From an uncultured Acidobacteriota bacterium (GTDB lineage: Bacteria > Acidobacteriota > Thermoanaerobaculia > Multivoradales > UBA5704): a stretch of DNA of 64,000 bases. Every line of letters starts with the position of its first letter. Within the stretch, counting starts at the first letter, position 1. Positions 55,213-64,000 of the stretch are shown here, piece after piece. Where the stretch lies: the NCBI GenBank assembly GCA_963770895.1, contig CAVYRF010000002.1, positions 3,168,001-3,232,000 of the forward strand, read 5' to 3'. Under the pieces are notes generated by a model that worked only from the letters and a program-made list of their open reading frames with translations, did not search any database and was not told the DNA's origin. Made by a program: the position numbers and the translations under genes.

Positions 55213-56079
55213 CTAGCCGAAGCGGCCGGTGATGTAGTCTTCGGTCTGCTTCTTGGCGGGGCGGGTGATCATGGTCTTGGAGTCGTTGAACTCAACCAGT
55301 TCGCCCAGGTACAAGAGCGCGATGTAGTCGGCCACTCGCGCCGCCTGTTGCAGGTTGTGGGTGACGATCGCCACGGTGTAGTCCTCGACCAGCTCCTGGA
55401 TGAGCTCTTCGATGGCCGCGGTCGAAATCGGGTCGAGCGCCGAGGTCGGTTCGTCCATCAGCAGCACTTCGGGCTTGACCGCGATGGCGCGCGCGATGCA
55501 CAGGCGCTGCTGCTGGCCGCCCGAAAGGCCGCGGCCGCTCTGCTTGAGCTTGTCTTTCACTTCGTCCCACAGCGCCGCCTTGCGCAACGCCCATTCCACC
55601 CGCTCGTCCATCTCGGGTCCGCGCAGCCGCTCGTACAGACGCACGCCGAAGGCGATGTTTTCGTGGATCGACATCGGGAACGGCGTCGGCATCTGGAACA
55701 CCATGCCGACGCGTTTGCGCAGCAGGTTGAGGTCGACGCCCGGATCGAGCAGGTTCATGCCGTCGAGCATCACGCGGCCTTCGGCCCGCTGCTTGGGGTA
55801 GAGCTGGTACATGCGGTTGAACATCCGCAGCAGGGTCGACTTGCCGCAGCCCGAGGGGCCGATGAACGCGGTGACGCGGTTGCCGTAGATCTTGAGGTCG
55901 ATGCCCTTCAAGGCGTGCGTCTTGCCGTAGTAGAAGTGGGCGTTCTGCACGTCGATCTTGGTTTCGGGAGCTTCGGTCGCGTCGGCCAGGTCGACGGCCA
56001 TCGCCGGCAGGCCGAGAGGCGCGCGCTCGGTTGCGGGCGACGGCGCGGTTGCGACCTGGGGAGTGTCTGAGACCATCAT
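55213..56079 (-). CDS. pstB: Phosphate ABC transporter ATPase
   Basis: [36 protein letters not shown]. Confidence 0.97.
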   Translation of the reverse strand: MMVSDTPQVATAPSPATERAPLGLPAMAVDLADATEAPETKIDVQNAHFYYGKTHALKGIDLKIYGNRVTAFIGPSGCGKSTLLRMFNRMYQLYPKQRAEGRVMLDGMNLLDPGVDLNLLRKRVGMVFQMPTPFPMSIHENIAFGVRLYERLRGPEMDERVEWALRKAALWDEVKDKLKQSGRGLSGGQQQRLCIARAIAVKPEVLLMDEPTSALDPISTAAIEELIQELVEDYTVAIVTHNLQQAARVADYIALLYLGELVEFNDSKTMITRPAKKQTEDYITGRFG

Positions 56080-56086
56080 CGGTTGT

Positions 56087-57028
56087 CTACCCCGCTTTCT
56101 GCTGCCGAAAAACGATGCGTGCCACGATATTGAGCAGCAGCACGCTCAGGGTGATCAGCAAGGACGCCGCCCACGCGAGCTTCTGCCAGTCTTCGTACGG
56201 GCTCATGGCAAACTGAAAGATCACGTAGGGGAGGTTGGCGATCGGCGCGTTGAGGTTGGAGCTCCAGAACTGATTGTTGAGCGCGGTCCACAACAGCGGC
56301 GCGCTTTCGCCGCTGATGCGGGCGATCGCCAGCAGGATGCCGGTGATGATGCCGGAGCGGGCGGCGCGAAAGACGATCAGCATCACGATTTTCCACTGCG
56401 GCGCGCCCAGCGCCGCCGCCGCTTCGCGCAGGCTCACCGGCACCAGGGACAGCATGTTCTCGGTGGTGCGGACGATGATCGGCACGGCGATGGTGGCCAG
56501 CGCCATCGCGCCGGCCCAGCCCGAGAAGTGCCCCATCCTGGCCACCATCACCGTGTAGATGAACAGCCCGATGATGATCGACGGCGCCGACAGCAGGATG
56601 TCGTTGATGAAGCGTGTCACCTGGGCAAACCACCGCAGCTTGCCGAATTCCGACAGCCAGGTGCCCGCCAGGATGCCGACGGGGGCGCCGACCGCGATGC
56701 CGATGACGGTCATCAGCAGGCTGCCGAAGATGGCGTTGGCCAACCCGCCGGCGCTGCCGGGCGGCGGCGTCGACTGCAGGAACACCACCGGCCGCAACGC
56801 CGTCAGGCCGCGCGCCGCGAGCGTCCACAGGATCCAGCCCAGGAACAGCAACCCGATCGCCATGGTCGCCGTCGAAACGGCCAGCGCCGCCAGGTTCACG
56901 ATGCGCCGCCGGCGATAGATGGCGCTCGAAACGACCGGCACGTAGGGCGGCGGCGCGGTGTGTCCGCCGCCCGTCGCGGGCGAATCCGCCAGCCGCGACG
57001 GCGGCGCCGAGGCACGCGGCTCGGCCAT
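56087..57028 (-). CDS. pstA: Phosphate ABC transporter permease
   Basis: [37 protein letters not shown]. Confidence 0.96.
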   Translation of the reverse strand: MAEPRASAPPSRLADSPATGGGHTAPPPYVPVVSSAIYRRRRIVNLAALAVSTATMAIGLLFLGWILWTLAARGLTALRPVVFLQSTPPPGSAGGLANAIFGSLLMTVIGIAVGAPVGILAGTWLSEFGKLRWFAQVTRFINDILLSAPSIIIGLFIYTVMVARMGHFSGWAGAMALATIAVPIIVRTTENMLSLVPVSLREAAAALGAPQWKIVMLIVFRAARSGIITGILLAIARISGESAPLLWTALNNQFWSSNLNAPIANLPYVIFQFAMSPYEDWQKLAWAASLLITLSVLLLNIVARIVFRQQKAG

Positions 57029-58068
57029 CAGCTGGGCCTCCCTTCCATGCGTTGCAGCCGCAGCAGCAGGAGCTTCGAGCAAGCCAGCACGATGAACGTG
57101 ATGATGAACAGCAGCAGGCCCTGGGTGATGAGCGCCGAGGTGTAGGTGGCGCCGACCGCTTCCGCGAACTCGTTGGCGAGGTTGGACGAAATGGTGTTGC
57201 CAGGCATGAACAGCGAACCGGACAGGTCGTGGGCGTTGCCGATGACGAAGGTGACCGCCATGGTTTCACCGAGCGCGCGGCCGAGCCCCAGCATGATGCC
57301 ACCGGCCACGCCGACGCGGGTGTAGGGCAGCACGATGCGCCACACCACCTCCCAGGTGGTGGCGCCCACGGCGTAGGTCGATTCCTTGAGGATCGCCGGC
57401 ACCGTTTCGAAGACGTCGCGCATGACCGAGGCGATGAACGGGATGACCATGATCGCCAGGATGAGGCCGGCGGTGAACACGCCGATGCCGAGCGGCGGCC
57501 CCTGGAAAAGGTCCCCCACCAGCGGCCAGCCGCCGAAGTGGTCGGTGATCCACGGCTGCACGTTTTCGGCGAGCAGCGGCGCCAGCACGAACAGACCCCA
57601 CATGCCGTAGATGATGCTGGGGATGGCCGCCAGCAGCTCGATGGCGGTCGAGAGCGGCCGCTTGAGCCAGGGCGGGCACAGCTCGGTGATGAACAGAGCG
57701 ATGCCGAAGCTGACCGGGATGCCGATCACCATGGCGATGGCGGAGGTCACCAGCGTGCCATAGATGGCGACCAGGGCGCCGAACTGGTTGGTGACCGGGT
57801 TCCATTCCTTGCTGGTGGCAAAGCCCCAGAAGCCGAAGCGGGCCAGCGCCGGCCGGCTTCCCAGGTAGAGAGACAGCAGGATCCCTGCCAGCAGCGCGAA
57901 GACGACGAAGGCGAAACCGAAGGTGGCGCGGCGGAACAGGCTGTCGGCGAGGCGTTGACCGCGGGCCCGGTTGGCCACCAGGCCGGCGGTCTGTACGTCG
58001 CCGCTCGCCGGCGCGGAGGGATCCGGCGCCGGCGAGCTGGCAGGTGAATCGTTACGAGATGAGCTCAT
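57028..58068 (-). CDS. pstC: Phosphate ABC transporter permease
   Basis: [23 protein letters not shown]. Confidence 0.96.
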   Translation of the reverse strand: MSSSRNDSPASSPAPDPSAPASGDVQTAGLVANRARGQRLADSLFRRATFGFAFVVFALLAGILLSLYLGSRPALARFGFWGFATSKEWNPVTNQFGALVAIYGTLVTSAIAMVIGIPVSFGIALFITELCPPWLKRPLSTAIELLAAIPSIIYGMWGLFVLAPLLAENVQPWITDHFGGWPLVGDLFQGPPLGIGVFTAGLILAIMVIPFIASVMRDVFETVPAILKESTYAVGATTWEVVWRIVLPYTRVGVAGGIMLGLGRALGETMAVTFVIGNAHDLSGSLFMPGNTISSNLANEFAEAVGATYTSALITQGLLLFIITFIVLACSKLLLLRLQRMEGRPS

Positions 58069-58126
58069 CCAGTGGTTTTGCGTAGCGAGCTGAGCAGTCG
58101 CGGCGACCGGACCCTTGACCGGCGGC

Positions 58127-59245
58127 TCACTGACCCGTCCAGACCGGCTGGCCGCCGGCCTTGATCTGGGTCCGCCAGCTATCCTCCACCAGCTTTATCA
58201 CACTGTCGGGCAACGGCACATAGTCGAGCTGGGCCGCCATCGGGCCGCCGTTGTGGAACGCCCAGTTGAAAAACTGCAGCACGGCGCGGCCGTTTTCCGC
58301 CTTCACCTGGTTCTTGTACATGAGGATGAAGCTGGCGCCGGTGATCGGCCAGGACTGCGCTCCCGACTGGTTGGTCAGCAGCAGGTAGAAGCCGGGCGCC
58401 TTCGCCCAATCCGCGCTGGCTGCCGCGGCCTGGAAGGCTGCGGTCGTCGGCTCCACGAAGTTGCCCGCCTTGTTTTGCAGCTGCACATGGGCCAGCTTGT
58501 TCTGCAAGGCGTACGCGTACTCGACGTAGCCGATGGCGCCGTTGATGCGGCTGGCGTAGGAAGCGACTCCTTCGTTGCCCTTGCCGCCGACGCCGACCGG
58601 CCACGCCACCGAGGCGTCTTCGCCCACCTTCGACTTCCACTGCGGGCTGACCTCGGACAGGTAGTGGGTGAAGATGAACGTGGTGCCCGAGCCGTCGGAG
58701 CGGTGGACCACCGAGATGGCGCGGTCGGGCAGGGGGAGGCCGGGGTTGAGGGCCTTGATCGCCGGGTCGTTCCAGTTCTTGATCGCACCCAGGTAGATGT
58801 TGGCGAGCACCGTGCCGCTCAGCTTGAGCTTGCCGGCGCCGATCCCCTGCACGTTGACCACCGGCACCACGCCGCCCATGATCACCGGGAACTGCACCAG
58901 GCCGTTGGCATCCAGGTCCTTGGGCTCAAGCGGCTTGTCGGTGGCGCCGAAATCGACGGTCTTGGCTTCGATCTGCTTGATCCCGCCGCCCGAGCCGATC
59001 GACTGGTAGTTGAGCGCGACGCCCGACTTCTGCTTGTAGGCTTCCGCCCACTTGGCGTAAATCGGATAGGGGAAGGTCGCACCCGCGCCGGCGATATCCA
59101 CCGCGGCGGCGGGCGCGGCGGAGGCGACCGCCAGCGTTGCCGCCATCCCGACCGTCGCCAGCGCGCCGGTCGCCATCACTGCCGTGGCTGACACCCATGT
59201 CCCAAGCCGGACCGCAGTCCGCCTACAACCAGCCATGTAATTCAT
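58127..59245 (-). CDS. pstS: Phosphate-binding protein
   Basis: [31 protein letters not shown]. Confidence 0.97.
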   Translation of the reverse strand: MNYMAGCRRTAVRLGTWVSATAVMATGALATVGMAATLAVASAAPAAAVDIAGAGATFPYPIYAKWAEAYKQKSGVALNYQSIGSGGGIKQIEAKTVDFGATDKPLEPKDLDANGLVQFPVIMGGVVPVVNVQGIGAGKLKLSGTVLANIYLGAIKNWNDPAIKALNPGLPLPDRAISVVHRSDGSGTTFIFTHYLSEVSPQWKSKVGEDASVAWPVGVGGKGNEGVASYASRINGAIGYVEYAYALQNKLAHVQLQNKAGNFVEPTTAAFQAAAASADWAKAPGFYLLLTNQSGAQSWPITGASFILMYKNQVKAENGRAVLQFFNWAFHNGGPMAAQLDYVPLPDSVIKLVEDSWRTQIKAGGQPVWTGQ

Positions 59246-59293
59246 CGCAAGGTTCCTTTCAGGGATTCACGCGTCGTATTCGAGGGTGCCGCC

Positions 59294-59349
59294 ATTGTCC
59301 GCATCGCGGATGGCAGCAGCAGGTCCGGAATGTGACAGAAATGTTACAG
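59294..59349 (-). promoter_or_regulatory. Pho box promoter of pstS
   Basis: 11-bp-phased CTGTAAC, CTGTCAC, (degenerate), CTGCCAT, then 10 nt and GACAAT (-10). Confidence 0.8.
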
Positions 59350-59477
59350 GAATGCCGCGGAGATAAGGCGGCGGGTCGCGCGCCGCGATGTGGCAACGGC
59401 GACCCGCCGGCATCACGGCGGAGCCCCGTCCCTGCTGGCGCAAGGCTTGGCGCGGCCGCCGGCGCGCTGCCTTTGGG

Positions 59478-59506
59478 CCGTCACACCACTGTTCCACATC
59501 TGTCAC
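59478..59506 (+). promoter_or_regulatory. Pho box repeats upstream of the porin gene
   Basis: CCGTCAC, CTGTTCC, CTGTCAC at 11-bp spacing. Confidence 0.7.
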
Positions 59507-59643
59507 GTTTTGGCTCACCGCGCTCCTTGCGTGGCCTCTTTCGCTCGACTACTGTAGCGGCCGATCGAATACAACGCAGCAAGTCGATCCCGGTTTCACC
59601 CAACACGCCTGTGCCATCAGGCAGGATGAGAAAGGATAGAGTT

Positions 59644-60747
59644 ATGCTGAGAGGCGTTTCGCACTATGTGAGGAGAGGGGCACTGTTGGCACTTCCACTG
59701 CTGGCGGTGTTGGCCGGCCGTCAGGCGGCAGCCCAGCTGCTGGTCACCTCGGCGGACGGCAATGTGACCTACCGGCTGGGCATCCTGGCCCAGGTCCAGG
59801 GCCAGGCCGAAGAGAACGCGGCGGCCAACAGCGGCACCGCCCAGCAGATCGGCTACTTCCGCCGCCTGCGCCTCCAGGGCGAGTTCACCTTTTACAAGAA
59901 CCTGGTGGTGTTTTTCGAAACGGACGATCCCAACTACGGCAAGGGCAACGCCGACGGTACCAAGAACCAGCCCAGCATCTTCATGCAGACGGTCTATGTG
60001 ACCTACCAGTTCGCCCCTGAGTTCATGCTCGACGGCGGCGAGCTGCTGGAGATGAACAGCTACAACCACCTGCAGTCGGCGGCTTCGATCATGCCGATCG
60101 ACCTGTCGCCCTACACCAACACCGACAGCACCCCGCTCACCGGCAACAACGGCCGGGACTACGGCCTGGAAGCCCGCGGCTACATCGCCGACCACCTGGA
60201 GTACCGCGCCGGTGTGTTCCAGGGCCTGCGCGGCGTCGACGACATCAATTCGTTCCGCTACAGCGCCCGCCTTTCCTACTACTTCGTCGGCATCGAGACC
60301 ACGCGCTTCTATCGCGGCACGTCGCTGGGCAAAACCCAGACGCTGGAAATCGGCGGCAGCTACGACGCGCAAAAGACCTACAAGAGCTACGACGCCGACT
60401 TCTTCTGGGACCAGCCGACCGGCGGCGGCAACGGCCTGACGGCGCAGCTTGACTACGGTTGGTGGAACGGTGGCAGCTTCGTCGTCGCCATCCCCAAGCA
60501 GACCACGCTCAACGCCGAGCTGGGCTACTACATCGACGCCATCAAGACGCAGCCGTTCGCGCAGTATGTCCGTGAGCAGTACGCCTCCGGCGTCACCGCG
60601 CCCGACCAGAAGCAGTGGCAGGTCGGTCTGGGCTGGTACTTCCACGGCTACCAGTCCAACTTCAAGGTCGGCTACGGCATGGTGGACGTGGCCAACGTCC
60701 GCAACCGCAGCAACTTCCTCGCGCAGTACCAGTTCTCGGGCTTCTGA
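59644..60747 (+). CDS. Porin, OprO/OprP-like (phosphate-selective candidate), paralog 1
   Basis: Signal peptide, FRRLRL, GRDYG, terminal F; divergent from pstS. Confidence 0.8.
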   Translation: MLRGVSHYVRRGALLALPLLAVLAGRQAAAQLLVTSADGNVTYRLGILAQVQGQAEENAAANSGTAQQIGYFRRLRLQGEFTFYKNLVVFFETDDPNYGKGNADGTKNQPSIFMQTVYVTYQFAPEFMLDGGELLEMNSYNHLQSAASIMPIDLSPYTNTDSTPLTGNNGRDYGLEARGYIADHLEYRAGVFQGLRGVDDINSFRYSARLSYYFVGIETTRFYRGTSLGKTQTLEIGGSYDAQKTYKSYDADFFWDQPTGGGNGLTAQLDYGWWNGGSFVVAIPKQTTLNAELGYYIDAIKTQPFAQYVREQYASGVTAPDQKQWQVGLGWYFHGYQSNFKVGYGMVDVANVRNRSNFLAQYQFSGF

Positions 60748-60775
60748 ACCCGGACTTCCCAGGACGTCTCTCCTG

Positions 60776-60822
60776 ACGCCGGCAGGCGCCCCGCACCGAG
60801 CGGGGTTGCCTGCCGGCGTTTT
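60776..60822 (+). terminator. Rho-independent terminator
   Basis: ACGCCGGCAGGC-GCCCCGC-loop-GCGGGGT-TGCCTGCCGGCGT followed by a T-tract. Confidence 0.82.
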
Positions 60823-60881
60823 GCTTGTGCTATTGTTGACCAAGAAGGTCATCTTTAAACTGCGAGAGGGGAACACTACCG

Positions 60882-61976
60882 ATGGGGAGACACCGGTCGC
60901 ACCCAGTTGCACTCGTTTTGCCTGCCGTCGCCGCCCTGACCCTGGCGGTCATGTCGCAGCGCCCCGCCGCGGCGCAGCTGGTCATCGCCTCGGCGGACGG
61001 CGGCACCAGTTTCAAGCTGGGCACCATCGTGCAGATCCAGGGCGAGGACCTGAGCACCGGCTCCTACAGCTCCGACAACCTGTTCTTCCGCCGCGTCCGC
61101 CTGGAGGGTCTGTTCAACACCGGCGACCTGTCCGTCTACTTCGAGACCGATTCCGGCACCCTGGGCAAGGCAGCCCTCAACGGCACCAAGGCCAGCTCGA
61201 CGGCGATCGATTTTCTGGACTTCGCCCTGACCTATTCGTTCGCCAAGGAGTTCATGCTGGACGGCGGCCTGATCCGCCTGGCGCCCAACTACGACCACAA
61301 CATCTCGGCCAATTCCACGATGGCCATGGACATCAGCCCCTACGCCTACGTCGAGAGCACGCCGCTGACCACCAACAGCGGCCGCGATTACGGCGTCCAG
61401 GCGCGGGGCTACTTCGACGATCACCTGGAGTACCGCATGGGGGTGTTCCAGGGGCTGCGCGGCCAGGACGACGTGAACGACTTCCGCTACAGCGGCCGCC
61501 TGGCGTGGTACTTCTTCGGTCCGGAAGAGACCCTTTCCTACCGTGGCACGTCGCTCGGCAAGATCCAGACGCTCGAGATCGGCACCGCCTTCGATACCCA
61601 GAAGAGCTACCACAACTACAACGTCGACCTGTTCTACGACCAGCCGCTCAACGGCGGCGACGGCCTGACGCTGCAATTTGACGACAGCTGGTACAACGCC
61701 AACGACTTCCTGCCGACGTTGCCCAAGCAGACCACCATGCTGGCCGAGATCGGCTATTACTTCCACGCGATCAAGCTGCAGCCGTTTTTCCAATACAGCC
61801 GCGAGAAGTTCGGCGCCTTTGTCGACCAGCCGAGCGAAGAGCGCTACCAGGTGGGCGCCGGCTACTACTTCCACGGTCAGAACTCCAACCTCAAGTTCGC
61901 CTGCACCTTCATCGACCACCAGGGGATCGCGCAGCAGAAGGACTACGTGCTGCAGTATCAGTTCTACGTGTTCTAG
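60882..61976 (+). CDS. Porin, OprO/OprP-like, paralog 2
   Basis: Colinear with paralog 1 (EFMLDGG, STPLT, GRDYG, DHLEYR, GVFQGLRG, YRGTSLGK); terminal F. Confidence 0.8.
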   Translation: MGRHRSHPVALVLPAVAALTLAVMSQRPAAAQLVIASADGGTSFKLGTIVQIQGEDLSTGSYSSDNLFFRRVRLEGLFNTGDLSVYFETDSGTLGKAALNGTKASSTAIDFLDFALTYSFAKEFMLDGGLIRLAPNYDHNISANSTMAMDISPYAYVESTPLTTNSGRDYGVQARGYFDDHLEYRMGVFQGLRGQDDVNDFRYSGRLAWYFFGPEETLSYRGTSLGKIQTLEIGTAFDTQKSYHNYNVDLFYDQPLNGGDGLTLQFDDSWYNANDFLPTLPKQTTMLAEIGYYFHAIKLQPFFQYSREKFGAFVDQPSEERYQVGAGYYFHGQNSNLKFACTFIDHQGIAQQKDYVLQYQFYVF

Positions 61977-62082
61977 CAGGTCCGGCGGTTGCCGGCGCGC
62001 GGTCTTCCGCGGGGTGGGGGGGACGGGGGGCGCCGGGTGGTGGCAGGGGAGCCGGGGCGCGGTCCGGGGTGCGGGGCGGCGG

Positions 62083-63570
62083 TTACGGCGCCGGCGCGCC
62101 GAGGGTGCCCAGGGTATATTGCAGGGCGGCGTACTGGCTCTGGTAGCCGTAGCGGGCCTGGAGGCTTTCGATCTGGGCCTGGGTCAAGGACAGCTGGGCC
62201 TGGGTCAGCTCGACGATCGACGCCAGGCCCAGGTCGTAGCGCCCCTGTGCCAGGTCGACGCCCAGGCCGGCCTGGCGCAGGTAGTCGGCGGCCACGGCCA
62301 GGCTTTGCAGCGAGGTGGACGTGCGAGCCCAGGCGGTGCGCACGTCGCGCGCCACCACCGCTTCCAGGTCGCGCACGCGCTGGGCGGCGGCGACGGCGCG
62401 ATAGTGGGCCGCCGACTTGCGCGCCGAATACAGGTGGCCGTTGAAGATCGGCACGTCCAGGTTGATCGCCGCGCCCTGATAGTGGTCCGGCACCGTCGCC
62501 GCGTCGGGGGCGATCCAGGGCAGCGAACCGGCGACCCCCACCAGGCTGAGCGTCGGGCGCGACAGGTCCCTTTCGGCCTTCTCGAAACGCGCCGCGGCGT
62601 CGCTTTCGGCGCGCAGGCCGAGCAGGTCGGGGCGATGCGCCAGCGCGGTCGCTACCAGCGCTTCGGGGTCGGGCGGCAGCGCCGGCGGCAGCGGCGGCTC
62701 GGTCAGGTCGTAGGTGGCGGCCCGCGGCGATCCCAGCTCGCGCGTCAGCTCGTCGTAGGCCCCCAGCGACCGTTCCTGCGCTTCGAGCAGCAGCAGCCTG
62801 GCCTGCGCCAGGTTGACGTCGGCAAAGCTGACGTCGAGCTGCGAGCGCAGGTTGTTTTTGGCCAGCTGGCCCACCTGGTCGGCGACCGCCTGGCGCGCCG
62901 CGACCGTCTGCCGCGCCACCGCGATCAGCGCCTGCGCCGCCAGGGCTTCGAAGTACGCCTGGTCGACCGCCAGCAGCACGTCGGCGCGGGTGGCCTGGTA
63001 GGACTGGTCGGCCGCCTGGGCGTGCAGGCGGGAGCTGGCAACCAGGTTGGGCGTGCGGCCCGAATCGGTGATCAGCTGCGACAGCTGCAGCCCCTGCCCT
63101 TCGCGGTTGAACAGGCGCGACGCGGCCAGCGCTCCGGCGCCGATGCGCGCGTCGCCGTTGGCGACCGACCCGGTGACGTCGCCGCTGATCGTAGGGTAGT
63201 AGGCGGCGCGCGCCTCGGTCACCTGCTGGTGCGCCTCGGCCGATGCGGCCTGCGCTGCCAGCACGTGCGGGTGGTTGGCCAGCGCCGTCGCTTCGGCCTG
63301 GGCCAGGGTGAGCGGGGTCGCCGGCGGCAGGGGCGCCGTTGCTGGCGGCGCGCCGGCTGCCGGGGCGGCTTGGGAGCTGGGAGCCGGCGCCACGGCGGCC
63401 GGCGGTGCTGCGTCGATGGGCTGCCTCGCTGCCGGTGCTGGGTTTGGGTTTGGGTTTGGGTTTACCGGCTGTGCCGCGGCCGCCGGCGGCATGCCGCTCG
63501 CTTGCGCCCAGGCGACCGCCGGTCCCGGCAGCAGCAGGAGGGCGAGCGCGGCGGCGGCGTGGCGTTTCAT
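62083..63570 (-). CDS. TolC family outer-membrane efflux protein
   Basis: LTLAQA...NHP, two helical repeats, RYDLGLASIVEL. Confidence 0.92.
   Translation of the reverse strand: MKRHAAAALALLLLPGPAVAWAQASGMPPAAAAQPVNPNPNPNPAPAARQPIDAAPPAAVAPAPSSQAAPAAGAPPATAPLPPATPLTLAQAEATALANHPHVLAAQAASAEAHQQVTEARAAYYPTISGDVTGSVANGDARIGAGALAASRLFNREGQGLQLSQLITDSGRTPNLVASSRLHAQAADQSYQATRADVLLAVDQAYFEALAAQALIAVARQTVAARQAVADQVGQLAKNNLRSQLDVSFADVNLAQARLLLLEAQERSLGAYDELTRELGSPRAATYDLTEPPLPPALPPDPEALVATALAHRPDLLGLRAESDAAARFEKAERDLSRPTLSLVGVAGSLPWIAPDAATVPDHYQGAAINLDVPIFNGHLYSARKSAAHYRAVAAAQRVRDLEAVVARDVRTAWARTSTSLQSLAVAADYLRQAGLGVDLAQGRYDLGLASIVELTQAQLSLTQAQIESLQARYGYQSQYAALQYTLGTLGAPAP
63440..63463. repeat. (GGGTTT)x4 microsatellite encoding an NP linker
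   Basis: Direct observation; unit length is a multiple of 3. Confidence 0.8.
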
Positions 63571-64000
63571 GCCCCGGCCTCGGCGGCGGTGATCGGGGGG
63601 GCGGGGGGGCCGGCGGGATGGGTGGGCGCGGCGGTCAGGGGGGTCGGGACGGGCGCCGGCGGCAGTTGCTTGTTGCGGTAGACCAGCAGGTAGGCCGCCG
63701 GCACCATGAAGACGGTCAAGAGAACGGAGACGGTCAGGCCGCCGATGACGGCGCGCGCCAGCGGCGCGTACTGCTCGCTGCCGGTGCCCAGCTTGAGGGC
63801 CATCGGCGCCATGCCGATGATGGTGGCGCCGGAGGTCATCAGGATGGGCCGCAGGCGCACGCGGCAGGCGGTGATGACGGCCTCCTTGACCGAGCCCATC
63901 TGATTTTCGAGCCGGTGGGCGAAATCCACGATGAGGATGCCGTTCGAGGCCGAGATGCCGACCATCATCAGGACGCCCATCAGCGACATGACGTTGAGGG
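63567..64000 (-). CDS. RND efflux permease (AcrB family), C-terminal part, truncated by the window edge
   Basis: NGILIVDFA, RLRPILMT, PLARAVIGGL; ATGA overlap with the TolC gene. Confidence 0.92.
   Translation of the reverse strand, partial: LNVMSLMGVLMMVGISASNGILIVDFAHRLENQMGSVKEAVITACRVRLRPILMTSGATIIGMAPMALKLGTGSEQYAPLARAVIGGLTVSVLLTVFMVPAAYLLVYRNKQLPPAPVPTPLTAAPTHPAGPPAPPITAAEAGA

Noticed and set aside
60836-60861. TTGACC...TAAACT as a sigma70 promoter
   Set aside because: Spacer is only 14 nt
63440-63463. Telomere-like or phase-variable (GGGTTT)4
   Set aside because: In-frame hexamer encoding an Asn-Pro linker; length change would not shift the frame

Overview
GC-rich bacterial chromosomal window. 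Gene content resembles Acidobacteriota/Thermoanaerobaculia or a Myxococcota-like lineage (inference). It holds about 47 CDSs, and no rRNA, tRNA, CRISPR array or transposase was recognised. Three regions stand out. (1) 1736-7438: an ECF sigma / zinc anti-sigma / S8 protease operon lies divergent from a cupredoxin / CX4CH cytochrome c / DUF5777 beta-barrel operon, with matching back-to-back promoter-like motifs (TGAACC-N18-ACA[G/T]AC). The outer domain of the anti-sigma resembles a subtilisin propeptide. (2) 17953-18114 (-): a 53-aa ORF missing from the ORF track looks like an orphan lanthipeptide/RiPP precursor, with an LxLxRx5L leader and a Cys/Thr/Ser-rich core. (3) 19820-29594 (-): a tightly coupled four-gene candidate defence or DNA-processing operon (TM0106-type nuclease-helicase, TerB-N/TerB-C protein, DUF2791 ATPase, Lhr-like helicase). 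Also present: pruA with two +1 frameshifts, a TPR-TonB-ExbB-ExbD-ExbD cluster, a YafY/WYL regulator with a palindromic operator upstream of a VOC gene, pstSCAB with Pho boxes divergent from two paralogous porins, and an RND/TolC fragment. All family assignments come from motif recognition by eye, not from database searches.
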